From NCBI RefSeq assembly GCF_009914755.1, contig NC_060933.1: a stretch of 64,000 bases of DNA; one strand, given 5' to 3'. Below, piece after piece: positions 28,301 to 42,550 of the stretch. Source of the stretch: the human T2T-CHM13v2.0 reference genome, Homo sapiens. The notes beneath the pieces are model-generated. The model was not told the DNA's origin and ran no database searches. It was given only the letters and a program-made list of their open reading frames with translations. Every line of letters starts with the position of its first letter. Position 1 is the stretch's first letter. The translations under genes and the position numbers were made by a program.

Positions 28301-30999
28301 CATTCCATACCATTCCATTCCATTCCATTCCATTCCATTCCATTCCATTCCATTCGGTTCCATTCCATTCCATTCCATTCTATTCGGGTTAATTCCATTC
28401 CATTCCATTCCATTCCATTCCATTCTATTCCATTCCATTGTAATCGAGTTGAATCCATTGCATTTCATTCCATTCCATTCCATTCCATTCCATTCCGGAA
28501 GATTCCATTCCATTGCATTCCATTCCATTCCATTCCCCTGCACTCGCGTTGATTCCATTCCATTCCATTCCATTCCATTCCATCCATTCCATTCCGTTCT
28601 GTTCCATTCCATTCCATTCCATTCCATTCCGTTCCGTTCCATTCCATTCCACTCCATTCTATTCGGGTTAATTCCATTCCATTCCATTCGATTGCAATCG
28701 AGTTGATTCCATTCCATTCCATTCCATTCCATTCCATTCCATTCCATTCCTTTCCCTTCCATTACGGATGATTCCATTCCATTGCATTCCACTCCACTCC
28801 ATTCCCCTGTACTCGGGTTGATTCCATTCCATTCCATTCCAATCCACGCCATTCCACTCGTGTTGATTCCATTCTTTCCATTCCATTCAAGTTGAATCCA
28901 TTCCATTGCATTCTATTCCATTCGATTCCATTCGATTGCACTTGGGTTGATTCCATTCCATTGCATTCCATTCCATTCCATTCCATTCCATTCCATTCCA
29001 TTCCATTCCGTTCCATTCCATTCCATTACATTCGGATTGATTCTATTCAATTCCCTTACGCTCCATTACATTCCATTCCATTCGGGTAGTTTCCATTCCA
29101 TTCCATTCCATTCCTCTCCATTCCATTGCACTCGGGTTGATTCCATTCCATTGCATTCCATTCCATTCCATTCCATTCCATTCCATTCCATTCCATTCCA
29201 TTCCATTACATTCGGATTGATTCTATTCAACTCCCTTACTCTCCATTACATTCCATTGCATTCGGGTTGTTCCATTCCATTCCATTCCATTCCATTCCAC
29301 TCCATTCCATTGCACTCGGGTTGATTCCATTCCATTCCATTCCATTCCATTCCATTCCATTCCATTCCAATCGAGTTGATTCCATTCCATTCCATTCCAT
29401 TCCATTCCACTCCATTCCAGTCCTTTCCATTCCATTCCACTCGGGTTGATTCCAATGTATTCCTTTCAATTCCATTACATTCCATTGCAATCGAGTTGAT
29501 TCCATTGCTTTGCATTCCATTCCATTCCTTTCCATTCCGGATGATTCCATTCCATTGCATTCCATTCCATTCCATTCCCCTGCACTCGGGTTGATTCCAT
29601 TCCATTCCACTCCATGCCGTTCCATTCCATTCCATTCCATTGTATTCCGGTTAATTCCATTCCATTCCATTCCATTCCATTCCATTCCATTCCATTCCAT
29701 TACAATCGAGTTGATTCCATTCCATTCCATTCCATTCCAGTCCTTTCCATTCCATTCCACTCGGGTTGATTCCATTCTATTAGTTTCCATTCCATTCCAT
29801 TCCCTTCCATTCCACTCTTGTTGATACCATTCCTTTCCATTCCACTCGAATACATTCCCTCCTATTCCACTCGGAACGATTCCATTCCATTCCATTCCAT
29901 TTCGTTCCATTCCATTCTATTCCGTATCATTCCATTCCATTCCATTCCAATTCCATTCCATTCCATTCCATTCCATTCCATTCCATTCCATTCCATTGTA
30001 CTCAGGTTGATTCAATTCCATTGCATTCCATTCCATTCCATTCCATTCCATTCCATTCCGTTGCATTCCATTCCATTACATTCGGATTGATTCTATTCAA
30101 CTCCCTTACTCTCCATTACATTCCATTCCATTCGGGTTGTTCCATTCCATTCCATTCCATTCCACTCCATTCCATTGCACTCGGGTTGATTCCATTCCAT
30201 TGCATTCCATTCCATTCCATTCCATTCCATTCCGGATGATTCCATTCCATTGCATTCCGTTCCATTACATTCCCCTGCACTCGCGTTGATTCCATTCCAT
30301 TCCATTCAATTCCATTCCATTACAATTCGTTCCATTCCATTCTATTCCGTACCATTCCATTCCATTGCATACCATTCCATTCCATTCCATTCCATTCCAT
30401 TCCGTTCCATTCCATTCCATTCCATTCCATTCTATTCGGATTAATTCCATTCCATTCCATTCCTTTCCATTCTATTCCATTCCATTGCAATCTAGTTGAA
30501 ACCATTGCATTTCATTCCATTCCATTCCATTCCATTCCTTTCCGGAAGATTCCATTCCATTGCATTCCATTCCATTCCATTCCCCTGCACTCGCGTTGAT
30601 TCCATTCCATTCCATTCCATTCCATTCCATTCCATTTCGTTCCGTTCCATTCCATTCCATTCCATTCCATTCCATTCCGTTGCATTCCATTCCATTACAT
30701 TCGGATTGATTCTATTCAACTCCCTTACTCTCCATTACATTCCATTCCATTCGGGTTGTTCCATTCCATTCCATTCCATTCCACTCCATTCCATTGCACT
30801 CGGGTTGATACCATTGCATTCCATTCCATTCCATTCCATTCCATTCCATTCCGTTCCGGATGATTCCATTCCATTGCATTCCGTTCCATTACATTCCCCT
30901 GCACTCGGGTTTATTCCTTTCCATTGCATTCCATTCCATTCCATTCCATTCCATTCCATTCCATTCCATTCCATTCTGTTCCATTCCATTACATTCGGA

Positions 31000-33900
31000 T
31001 TGATTCTATTCAACTCCCTTACTCTCCATTACATTCCATTCCATTCGGGTTGTTCCATTCCATTCCATTCCATTCCACTCCATTCCATTGCGCTCGGGTT
31101 GATTCCATTCCATTCCATTCCATTCTGGATGATTCCATTCCATTGCATTCCGTTCCATTACATTCCCCTGCACTCGGGTTGATTCCATTCCATTCCATTC
31201 CATTCCTTTCGATTCCATTCCATTCCAATTCTTTCCATTCCATTCTATTCCGTACCATTCCATTCCATTCCATACAATTCCATTCCATTCCATTCCACTC
31301 TGTTCCGTTCCGTTCCGTTCTGTTCCGTTCCATTCCATTCCATTCCATTCTATTCGGTTTAATTCCATTCCATTCCATTCCATTCCATTCCATTCCATTC
31401 CATTCTATTCTATTCCATTCCATTGCAATCGAGTTGAATCCATTGCATTCCATTCCATTCCATTCCATTCCATTCAATTCCGGAAGATTCCATTCCATTG
31501 CATTCCATTCCATTGCATTCCATTCCATTCCATTCCATTCCATTCCATTCCATTGTACTCGGGTTGATTCCATTCCATTGCATTCCATTCCATTCCATTC
31601 CATTACATTCCATTCCACTCCATTCCGTTGCACTCGGGTTGATTCCATTCCATTCCATTCCATTCCATTGCATTCCGGATGATTCCATTCCATTGCATTC
31701 CGTTCCATTACATTCTCCTGCACTCGGCTTGATTCCATTCCATTCCTTTCCATTTCATTCGATTCCATTCCATTCCCCGGCACTCGCGTAGATTACATTC
31801 CATTCCATTCCATTCCATTCCATTCCATTCCATTCCTTTCCGTTCCATTCCATTCCATTCCATTCCGTTCCGTTCCATTCCATTCCATTCCATTCTATTC
31901 GGGTTAATTCCATTCCATTCCATTCGATTGCAATCGAGTTGATTCCATTCCATTCCATTCCATTCCATTCCATTCCATTCCATTCCATTCCTTTCCATTC
32001 CATTACGAATGATTCCATTCCATTGCATTCCATTCCATTCCATTCCATTCCATTCCATTCCGTTCCGTTCCATTCCATTCCATTCCAACCTATTCGGGTT
32101 AATTCCATTCCATTCCATTCCATTCCATTCCATTCCATTCCATTCCGTTCCGTTCCGTTCCGTTCCGTTCCGTTCCGTTCCATTCCATTCCACTCCATTC
32201 TATTCGGGTTAATTCCATTCCATTCCATTCGATTGCAATCGAGTTGATTCCATTCCATTCCATTCCATTCCATTCCATTCCATTCCATTCCAATCGAGTT
32301 GATTCCATTCCATTCCATTCCATTCCATTCCACTCCATTCCAGTGCTTTCCATTCCATTCCACTCGGGTTGATTCCAATGTATTCCTTTCAATTCCATTC
32401 CATTGCATTGCAATCGAGTTGATTCCATTGCTTTGCATTCCATTCCATTCCATTCCATTCCGGATGATTTCATTCCATTGCATTCCATTCCATTCCATTC
32501 CCCTGCACTCGCGTTGATTCCATTCCATTCAATTCCATTCCATTCCATTCCATTCCATTCCGTTCCGTTCCATTCCATTCCATTCCATTCCATTCCATTC
32601 CATTCCATTCTGTTCCGTTCCATTCCATTCCATTCCATTCTATTCGGGTTAATTCCATTCCATTCCATTCGATTTCAATCGAGTTGATTCCATTCCATTC
32701 TATTCCATTCCATTCCATTCCATTCCATTCCTTTCCATTCCATTACGGATGATTCCATTCCATTGCATTCCATTCCATTCCATTCCCCTGTACTCGGGTT
32801 GATTCCATTCCATTCTATTCCAATCCATGCCATTCCACTCGTGTTGATTCCATTCTTTCCATTCCATTCAAGTTGAATCCATTCCATTGCATTCCATTCC
32901 ATTCGATTCCATTCGATTGCACTCGGGTTGATTCCATTCCATTGCATTCCATTCCATTCCATTACATTCCATTCCATTCCGTTCCATTCCATTTCATTAC
33001 ATTCAGATAGATTCTATTGAATTCCCTTACACTCCATTATATTCCCATCCATTCTGGTTGTCTCCATTCCATTCCATTCCATTTCACTCCATTCCATTGC
33101 ACTCGGGTTGATTCCATTCCATTCCATTCCATTGCATTCCATTCCATTCCATTCCGGATGATTCCATTCCATTGCATTCCATTCCATTCCATTCCCCTGC
33201 ACTCGGGTTGATTCCATTCCATTCCATTCCATTACATTCCGTTCCATTCCATTCCATTCCATTCGGATTGATTCTATTCAATTCCCTTACACTCCATTAC
33301 ATTACATTCCATTCGGGTAGTTTCCATTCCATTCCATTCCATTCCTCTCCATTCCATTGCACTCGGGTTGATTTCATTCCATTCCATTCCATTCCATTCC
33401 ATTCCATTACATTACATTCCATTCCGTTCCATTGTACTCGGGTTGATTCCATTCCATTGCATTCCATTCCATTCCATTCCATTCCAATCCATTCCATTCC
33501 ATTCCGTTCCATTCCATTACATTCGGATTGATTCTATTCAACTCCCTTACTCTCCATTACATTCCATTCCATTCGGGATGTTCCATTCCATTCCATTCCA
33601 TTCCACTCCATTCCATTGCGCTCGGGTTGATTCCATTCCATTCCATTCCATTCCATTCCATTCCATTCCATTCCATTCCGGATGATTCCATTCCATTGCA
33701 TTCCGTTCCATTACATTCCCATGCACTCGGGTTGATTCCATTCCATTCCATTCCATTCCATTCGATACCATTCCATTCCAATTCTTTCCATTCCATTCTA
33801 TTCCGTACCATTCCATTCCATTCCATACAATTGCATTCCATTCCATTCCACAACGTTCCGTTCCGTTCCGTTCTTTTCCGTTCCATTCCATTCCATTCCA

Positions 33901-34560
33901 TTCTATTCGGTTTAATTCCATTCCATTCCATTCCATTCCATTCCATTCTATTCCATTCCATTGCAATACAGTTGAATCCATTGCATTCCATTCCATTCCA
34001 TTCCATTCCGTTCCATTCCGGAAGATTCCATTCCATTGCATTCCATTCCATTCCATTCCATTCCATTGTACTCGGGTTGATTCCATTCCATTGCATTCCA
34101 TTGAATTCCATTCCATTCCATTCCATTCCGTTCCATTCCATTCCATTCCATTCGGATTGATTCTTTTCAACTCCCTTACTCTCCATTACATTCCATTCCA
34201 TTCGGGTTGTTCCATTCCATTCCATTCCATTCCACTCCATTCCATTGCACTCGGGTTGATTCCATTCCATTCCATTCCATTCCATTGCATTCCGGATGAT
34301 TCCATTCCATTGCATTCCGTTCCATTACATTCTCCTGCACTCGGCTTGATTCCATTCCATTCCTTTCCATTCCATTCGATTCCATTCCATTCCCCGGCAC
34401 TCGCGTAGATTCCATTCCATTCCATTCCATTCCATTCCATTCCATTCCTTTCCGTTCCATTCCATTCCATTCCATTCCGTTCCGTTCCATTCCATTCCAT
34501 TCCATTCTATTCGGGTTAATTCCATTCCATTCCATTCGGTTGCAATCGAGTTGATTCCAT
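31000..34560 (+). repeat. Duplicated ~0.95-kb block: ~31000-31950 and ~33520-34560 (offset ~2.5-2.6 kb)
   Basis: Private markers GCGCTCGGG (~31090/33618), CTCCTGCACTCGGCTTGATT (~31715/34332) and CCCCGGCACTCGCGTAGATT (31775/34392). Confidence 0.85.
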
Positions 34561-36939
34561 TCCATTCCATTCCATTCCATTCCATTCCATTCCAGTCCTT
34601 TCCATTCCTTTCCATTCCATTACTGATGATTCCATTCCATTGCATTCCATTCCATTCCATTCCCCTGTACTCGGGTTGATTCCATTCCATTCCATTCCAT
34701 TCCAATCCATGCCATTCCACTCGTGTTGATTCCATTCTTTCCTTTCCATTCAAGTTGAATGCATTCCATTGCATTCCATGGCATTCGATTCCATTCGATT
34801 GCACTCGGGTTGATTCCATTCCATTGCATTCCATTCCATTCCATTCCATTCCATTCTGTTCCATTCCATTTCATTACATTCAGATTGATTCTATTCAATA
34901 CCCTTACACTCCATTATATTCCAATCCATTCTGGTTGTTTCCATTCCATTCCATTCCATTCCACTCGTGTTGATTCCATTTTATTAGTTTCCATTCCATT
35001 CCATTCCCTTCCATTCCACTCTGGTTGATTCCATTCCTTTCCATTCTACTCGATTGCATTCCCTTCTATTCCACTCGGATTGATTCCATTCCATTCCGTT
35101 CCATTCCATTCCATTTCGTTCCATTCCATTCTATTCCATTCCATTCCATTCCATTCCATTCCATTCCATTCCGTTCCATTCCATTCCATTCCATTCCATT
35201 TCTTTCAATTCCATTCTATTCCATACCATTCCATTCCATTCCGTTCCATGCCATTCCACTCGGGTTGATTCCATTGCTTTCCATTCCATTTGGGTTGAAT
35301 CCATTCCATTCCATTCCATTCCATTCCATTCCATTCCATTCCATTCCATTGCATTCCATTCCATTGCACTAGGTTTGATTCCATTCCACTGCATTCCATT
35401 CCATTCCATTCCATTCCATTCCGTTCCATTCCATTCCATTACATTCCTATTGATTGTATTCAATTCCCTTACACTCCATTATATTCCATTCCATTCGGGT
35501 TGTTTCCATTCCATTCCATTCCATTCCACTCCATTCCATTGCAGTCGGGTTGATTCCATTCCATTCCATTCCATTCCCTTCCATTCCATTTCGTTCCATT
35601 CCATTCTATTCCATACCATTCCATTCCATTCCATTCCATTCCATTCCATTCCATTCCATTCCATGGCATTCCACTCAGGTTGATTCCTTTCCATTCCATT
35701 CCATTCGGGTTGAAACCATTCCATTCCATTCCATTCCATTCCATTCCATTCCATTCAATTCCGGATGATTGCATTCCATTGCCTTCCATTCAATTGCATT
35801 CCCCTGCACCCGGGTTGATTCCATTCAATTCCATTCCATTCCATTCCGTTCCATTCCATTCCATACCATTCCATTCCATTCCATTCCATTCTATTCGGGT
35901 TAATTCCATTCCATTCCATTCCATTCCATTCAATTTCATTGCAATCGGGTTGATTCCATTCCGTTCCATTCCATTGCATTCCATTCCATTCCATTCCATT
36001 CCATTCCATTCCATTCCACTCGGGTTGATTCCATTCCTTTCCATTCCATTCGGGGTGAAGCCTTTCCATTCCATTCCATTCCTTTCGATTCCATTCCATT
36101 GCACTCGGGTTGATCCCATTCCATTGCATTCCATTCCATTCCATTCCATTCCATTCCATTCCGTTCCATTCAATTCCATTACATTCGGATTGTTTCTATT
36201 CAATTCCCTTACAATCCATCACATTCCATTCCATTCGGGTTGTTTCCATTCCATTCCATTCCATTCCATTCAGTATGATTCCATTCCATTGCATTCTATT
36301 CCATTCCATTCCCCTGCACTCGGGTGGATTCCATTCTATTCCATTCCATTCCATTCCATTCCATTCCATTCCATTCCATTCCATTGAAATCTAGTTGATT
36401 CCATTCCATTCCATTCCATTCAATTCCATTCCATTCCTTTCTATTCGGGTTAATTCCATTCCCTTCCATTCCATTCCCTTCCATTCCATTCCATTCCATT
36501 CCTTTTCATTCCATTCCATTCCATTCTATTAGGGTTAATTCCATTCCATTCCATTCCATTCCATTCCATTCCATTGCAAAAGAATTGATTCCATTCCATT
36601 CCATTCCACTCCATTCCTTTCAATTCCATTTAACTCGGGTTGATCCCATTCCATTCCATGCCATTCCATTTCATTCCAATCCATTGCCTTCCATTCCATT
36701 CCATTCCTCTGCACTCGGGTTGATTCCATTCCATTCCATTCCATTCCATTGCATTCCATTCCATTCAGGATGATTCCATTCCATTGCATTCCATTCCATT
36801 CCATTCCCCTGCACTCGTGTTGATTCCATTCCTTTCCATTCCATTCCATTCCGTTCCATTCCATTCCATTACATTCGTACTGATTGTACTCAATTCCCTT
36901 ACACTCCATTACATTCCATTCCATTCGGGTTGTTTCCAT

Positions 36940-39900
36940 TCCATTCCATTCCATTCCACTCCATTCCATTCCATTTCGTTCCATTCCATTCTACTCCATA
37001 CCATTCCATTCTATTCCATTCCCTTCCATGCCATTTCACTCGGGTTTATTCCATTCCTTTCCATTCCATTCGGGTTGAATCCATTCCATTCCATTCCATT
37101 GCATTCCATTCCATTCCATTCCCCTGCAATCGGGTGGATTCCATTCTATTCCATTCCATTCCATTCCATTGCATTCCATTCCATTCCATTCTATTCAGTT
37201 CCATTCCATTCTATTCCGTACCATTCCATTCCATTCTATTCCATTCCATTCCATGCCATTCCACTCGGGTTGATTACATTGCTTTCCATTCCATTTGGGT
37301 TGAATCTAATCCATTCCATTCCATTCCATTCCATTCCATTCCATTCCATTCCATTGCACTAGGTTTGATTCCATTTCACTGCATTCCATTCCATTCCATT
37401 CCATTAAATTCCATTCCACTCTGGTTGATTCCTTTCCTTTCCATTCCATTCGTGTTGAATCCATTCCATTCCATTCCATTACTTTCGATTCCATTCCATT
37501 GCACTCGGGTTGAACCCATTCCATTAGATTCCATTCCATTCCATTGCATTCCATTCCGTTCCATTCCATTCCATTACATTCGTATTGATTCTATTCAATT
37601 CCCTTACACTCCATTCCATTCCATTCCTTTCGGGTTGTTTCCATTCCATTCCATTCCATTCCACTCCATTCCATTGCAATCGGGTTGATTCCATTCCATT
37701 CCATTCCATTCCATTCCGTATGATTCCATTCCATTGCATTCCATTCCATTCCATTCCCCTGCACTCGGGTGGATTCCATTCTATTCCATTCCATTCCATT
37801 CCACTCTATTCCATTCCATTCCATTCCATTCCATTCCATTCTATTCGGGTTAATTTCATTCCATTCCATTCCATTCCATTCCATTCCATTGAAATCGAGT
37901 TGATTCCATTTCATTCCATTCCATTCCATTCCATTCCATTCCATTCCATTCCATTGCATTCTATTCCGGTTAATTCCATTCCATTCCATTCCATTCCCTT
38001 CCATTCCATTCCATTCCATTCTATTAGGGTTAATTCCATTCCATTACATTCCATTACATTCCATTGCAATCGAGTTGATTCCATTCCATTCCATTCCATT
38101 CCATTCCATTCAATTCCGGATGATTGCATTCCATTGCCTTCCATTCCATTCCATTCCCCTGCACTCGGGTTGATTCCATTCCATTCCTTTCCATTCCATT
38201 CCATTCCATTCCATTCCATTCCATTTCGTTTCATTCCTTTCTATTCCGTACCATTCCATTCCATTCCATTCCATTCCATTTCATTCCAATCCATTCCATG
38301 CCATTCCACTCGGGTTGATTCCATTCCTTTCCATTCCATTCGACTTGAATCCATTCCATTCCATTGCATTCGATTCCATTCCATTGCACACGGGATCATT
38401 CCATTGCATTCCATTCCATTCCATTCCATTCCATTCCATTGCATTCCATGCCATTCCACTCGGGTTGATTCCATTCCTTTCCGTTCCATTCGAGTTGAAC
38501 CCATTCCGTTCCATTCCATTCCATTCCATTCCATTCCATTCCATTCCATTCCATTGCACACGGGTTCATTCCATTCCATTCCATTCCATTACATTCCATT
38601 CCATTTCGTTCCATTCCATTCTATTCTGTACCATTCCATTCCATTCCATTCCATTCCATTCCATTCCACTCCATTCCATGCCATTCCACTCGGGTTTATT
38701 CCATTCCTTTCCATTCCATTCGGGTTGAATCCATTCCATTCCATTCCATTCCATTCCATTCAATTCCATTACATAGCAATCGTGTTGATTCCATTGCATT
38801 CCATTCCATTCCATTGCATTCCATTCCATTCCATTCCATTCCATTGCTTTCCATTCCATGCCATTCCACTCGGGTTGATTCCTTTCCTTTCCATTGCATT
38901 GGAGTTGAACCCATTCCATTCCATTCCATTCCATTCCATTGCAATCGAATTGATTCCATTCCATTCCATTCCATTCCATTCCATTCCATTCCATTCCATT
39001 CCATGCCATTCCACTCGGGTTGATTCCATTGCTTTCCATTCCATTTGGGTTGAATCCAATCCATTCCATTGCATTCAATTCCATTCCTTTCCATTGCACT
39101 AGGTTTGATTCCATTCCACAGCATTCCATTCCATTCCATTCCATTCCATTCCACTCGGGATGATTCCATTCCTTTCCATTCCATTCGGGTTGAAACCATT
39201 CCATTCCATTCCATTCCTTTTGATTCCATTCCCTTACACTCGTGTTGATCCCATTCCTTTGCATTGCATTCCATTCCATTGCATTCCATTCCGTTCCATT
39301 CCATTCCATTACATTCGCATTGATTCTATTCCATTCCCTTACACTCCATTACATTCCATTCCATTCGGGTTGTTTCCATTCCATTCCATTCCATTCCACT
39401 CCATTCCATTGCAATCGGGTTGATTCCATTCCATTCCATTCCATTCCATTCCGTATGATTCCATTCCATTGCATTCCATTCCATTCCATTCCCCTGCACT
39501 CGGGTGGATTCCATTCTATTCCATTCCATTCCATTCCATTCCATTCCATTCCACTCCACTCCATGCCATTCCACTCGGGTTTATTCCATTCCTTTCCATT
39601 CCATTCGGGTTGAATCCATTCCATTCCATTCCATTCCACTCAATTCCATTACATTGCACTCGGGTTGATTCCATTGCATTCCATTCCATTCCATTCCATT
39701 CCATTCCATTCCATTCCATTCCATTCCATTCCATTTCGTTCTTTTCCATTCTATTCCGTACCATTCCATTCCATTCCTTTGCATTCCATGCCATTCCACT
39801 CGGGTTTATTCCATTCATTTCCATTCCATTCGGGTTGAATCCATTCCATTCTATTCCATTCCATTCCATTCCATTCCATTCCATTCCATTCTATTCCGTA

Positions 39901-42550
39901 CCTTTCCATTCCATTCCATTCCATTCCATTCCATGCCATGCCATTCCACTCGGGTTGATTCCATTCCTTTCCATTCCATTCTCGTTGAATCCATTCCATT
40001 GCATTCCATTCCATTCGATTCCATTCAATTGCACACGGGTTCATTCCATTCCATTCCATTCCATTCCATTCCATTCCATTCCATTCCATTTCGTTCCATT
40101 CCATTCTATTCCGTACCATTCCCTTCCATTCCATTCCATTCCACTCCATTCCATGCCATTCCACTCGGGTTTATTCCATTCCTTTCCATTCCATTCGGGT
40201 TGAATCCATTCCATTCCATTCCATTCCATTCCATTCCATTCCATTCCATTCCATTCCATTCCATGCCATTCAACTCGGGTTTATTCCATTCCTTTCGATT
40301 CCATTCGAGTTGAACCCATTCCATTCCATTCCATTGCTCACGGGTTCATTCCATTCCATTCCATTCCACTCCATTCCATTCCATTTCGTTCCATTCCATT
40401 CTACTCCATACCATTCCATTCTATTCCATTCCCTTCCATGCCATTTCACTCGGGTTTATTCCATTCCTTTCCATTCCATTCGGGTTGAATCCATTCCATT
40501 CCATTCCATTGCATTCCATTCCATTCCATTCCATTCCATTCCCCTGCAATCGGGTGGATTCCATTCTATTCCATTCCATTCCATTCCATTGCATTCCATT
40601 CCATTCCATTCTATTCCGTTCCATTCCATTGCATGCCATTCCACTCGGGTTGATTCCATTGCTTTCCATTCCATTTGGGTTGAATCTAATCCATTCCATT
40701 CCATTCCATTCCATTCCATTCCATTCCATTCCATTGCACTAGGTTTGATTCCATTTCACTGCATTCCATTCCATTCCATTCCATTAAATTCCATTCCACT
40801 CTGGTTGATTTCATTCCTTTCCATTCCATTCGTGTTGAATCCATTCCATTCCATTCCATTACTTTCGATTCCATTCCATTGCACTCGGGTTGAACCCATT
40901 CCATTAGATTCCTTTCCATTCCATTGCATTCCATTCCGTTCCATTCCATTCCATTACATTCGTATTGATTCTATTCAATTCCCTTACACTCCATTCCATT
41001 CCATTCCATTCGGGTTGTTTCCATTCCATTCCATTCCATTCCACTCCATTCCATTGCAATCGGGTTGATTCCATTCCATTCCATTCCATTCCATTCCGTA
41101 TGATTCCATTCCATTGCATTCCATTCCATTCCATTCCCCTGCACTCGGGTGGATTCCATTCTATTCCATTCCATTCCATTCCACTCTATTCCATTCCATT
41201 CCATTCCATTCCATTCCATTCTATTCGGGTTAATTTCATTCCATTCCATTCCATTCCATTCCATTCCATTCCATTGAAATCGAGTTGATTCCATTTCATT
41301 CCATTCCATTCCATTCCATTCCATTCCATTGCATTCTATTCTGGTTAATTCCATTCCATTCCATTCCATTCCCTTCCATTCCATTCCATTCCATTCTATT
41401 AGGGTTAATTCCATTCCATTACATTCCATTACATTCCATTGCAATCGAGTTGATTCCACTCCATTCCATTCCATTCCATTCAATTCCGGATGATTGCATT
41501 CCATTGCCTTCCATTCCATTCCATTCCCCTGCACTCGGGTTGATTCCATTCCATTCCTTTCCATTCCATTCCATTCCATTCCATTTCGTTTCATTCCGTT
41601 CTATTCCGTACCATTCCATTCCATTCCATTCCATTGCATTCCATTCCATTTCATTCCATTCCATTCCATGCCATTCCACTCGGGTTGATTCCATTCCTTT
41701 CCATTCCATTCGACTTGAATCCATTCCATTCCATTCCATTCCATTCGATTCCGTTCCATTGCACACGGGTTCATTCCATTGCATTCCATTCCATTCCATT
41801 CCATTCCATTCCATTCCATGCCATTCCACTCGGGTTGATTCCATTCCTTTCCGTTCCATTCGAGTTGAACCCATTCCGTTCCATTCCATTCCATTCCATT
41901 CCATTCCATTCCATTGCACACGGGTTCATTCCATTCCATTCCATTCCATTACATTACATTCCATTTCGTTCCATTCCATTCTATTCCGTACCATTCCATT
42001 CCATTCCATTCCATTCCATTCCATTCCACTCCATTCCATGCCATTCCACTCGGGTTTATTCCATTCCTTTCCATTCCATTCGGGTTGAATCCATTCCATT
42101 CCATTCCATTCCATTCCATTCCATTCAATTCCATTACATAGCACTCGGGTTGATTCCATTGCATTCCATTCCATTCCATTGCATTCCATTCCATTCCATT
42201 CCATTCCATTGCTTTCCATTCCATGCCATTCCACTCGGGTTGATTCCATTCCTTTCCATTCCATTCGAGTTGAACCCATTCCATTCCATTCCATTCCATT
42301 CCTTTCCATTCCTTTCGAGTTGAACCCATTCCATTCCATTCCATTCCATTCCATTGCAATCGAATTGATTCCATTCCATTCCATTCCGTTCCATTCCATT
42401 CCATTCCATTCCATTCCATGCCATTCCACTCGTGTTGATTCCATTGCTTTCCATTCCATTTGGGTTGAATCCAATCCATTCCATTGCATTCAATTCCATT
42501 CCTTTCCATTGCACTAGGTTTGATTCCATTCCACAGCATTCCATTCCATT
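36940..42550 (+). repeat. Duplicated ~2.2-kb block: ~36940-39130 and ~40355-42550 (offset 3380-3415 bp)
   Basis: CTACTCCATA 36991/40401, CGTATTGATT 37581/40961, CCACAGCATT 39116/42531. ORFs 37306..37569 and 40686..40949 are near-identical. Confidence 0.87.

Larger units (their letters stand above)
1..35200 (+). repeat. HSat3 sequence domain A
   Basis: Recurrent domain-specific variants: CCGGAAGATT...CCCCTGCACTCGCGTTGATT, ACGGATGATT...CCCCTGTACT, CTTTCCATTCCATTCAAGTTGAAT, CAACTCCCTTACTCT and CGAATACATTCCCTCCTATTCCACTCGGAACGA (2401, 8648, 11250, 14900, 25374, 26461, 29847; variants at 12553, 17699, 20290, 35051). Right boundary is approximate. Confidence 0.75.

Noticed and set aside
36576-36590. 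A-rich blip GCAAAAGAATTGATT
   Set aside because: It is in register and explained as a multiply substituted GCAATCGAGTTGATT, not an insertion.
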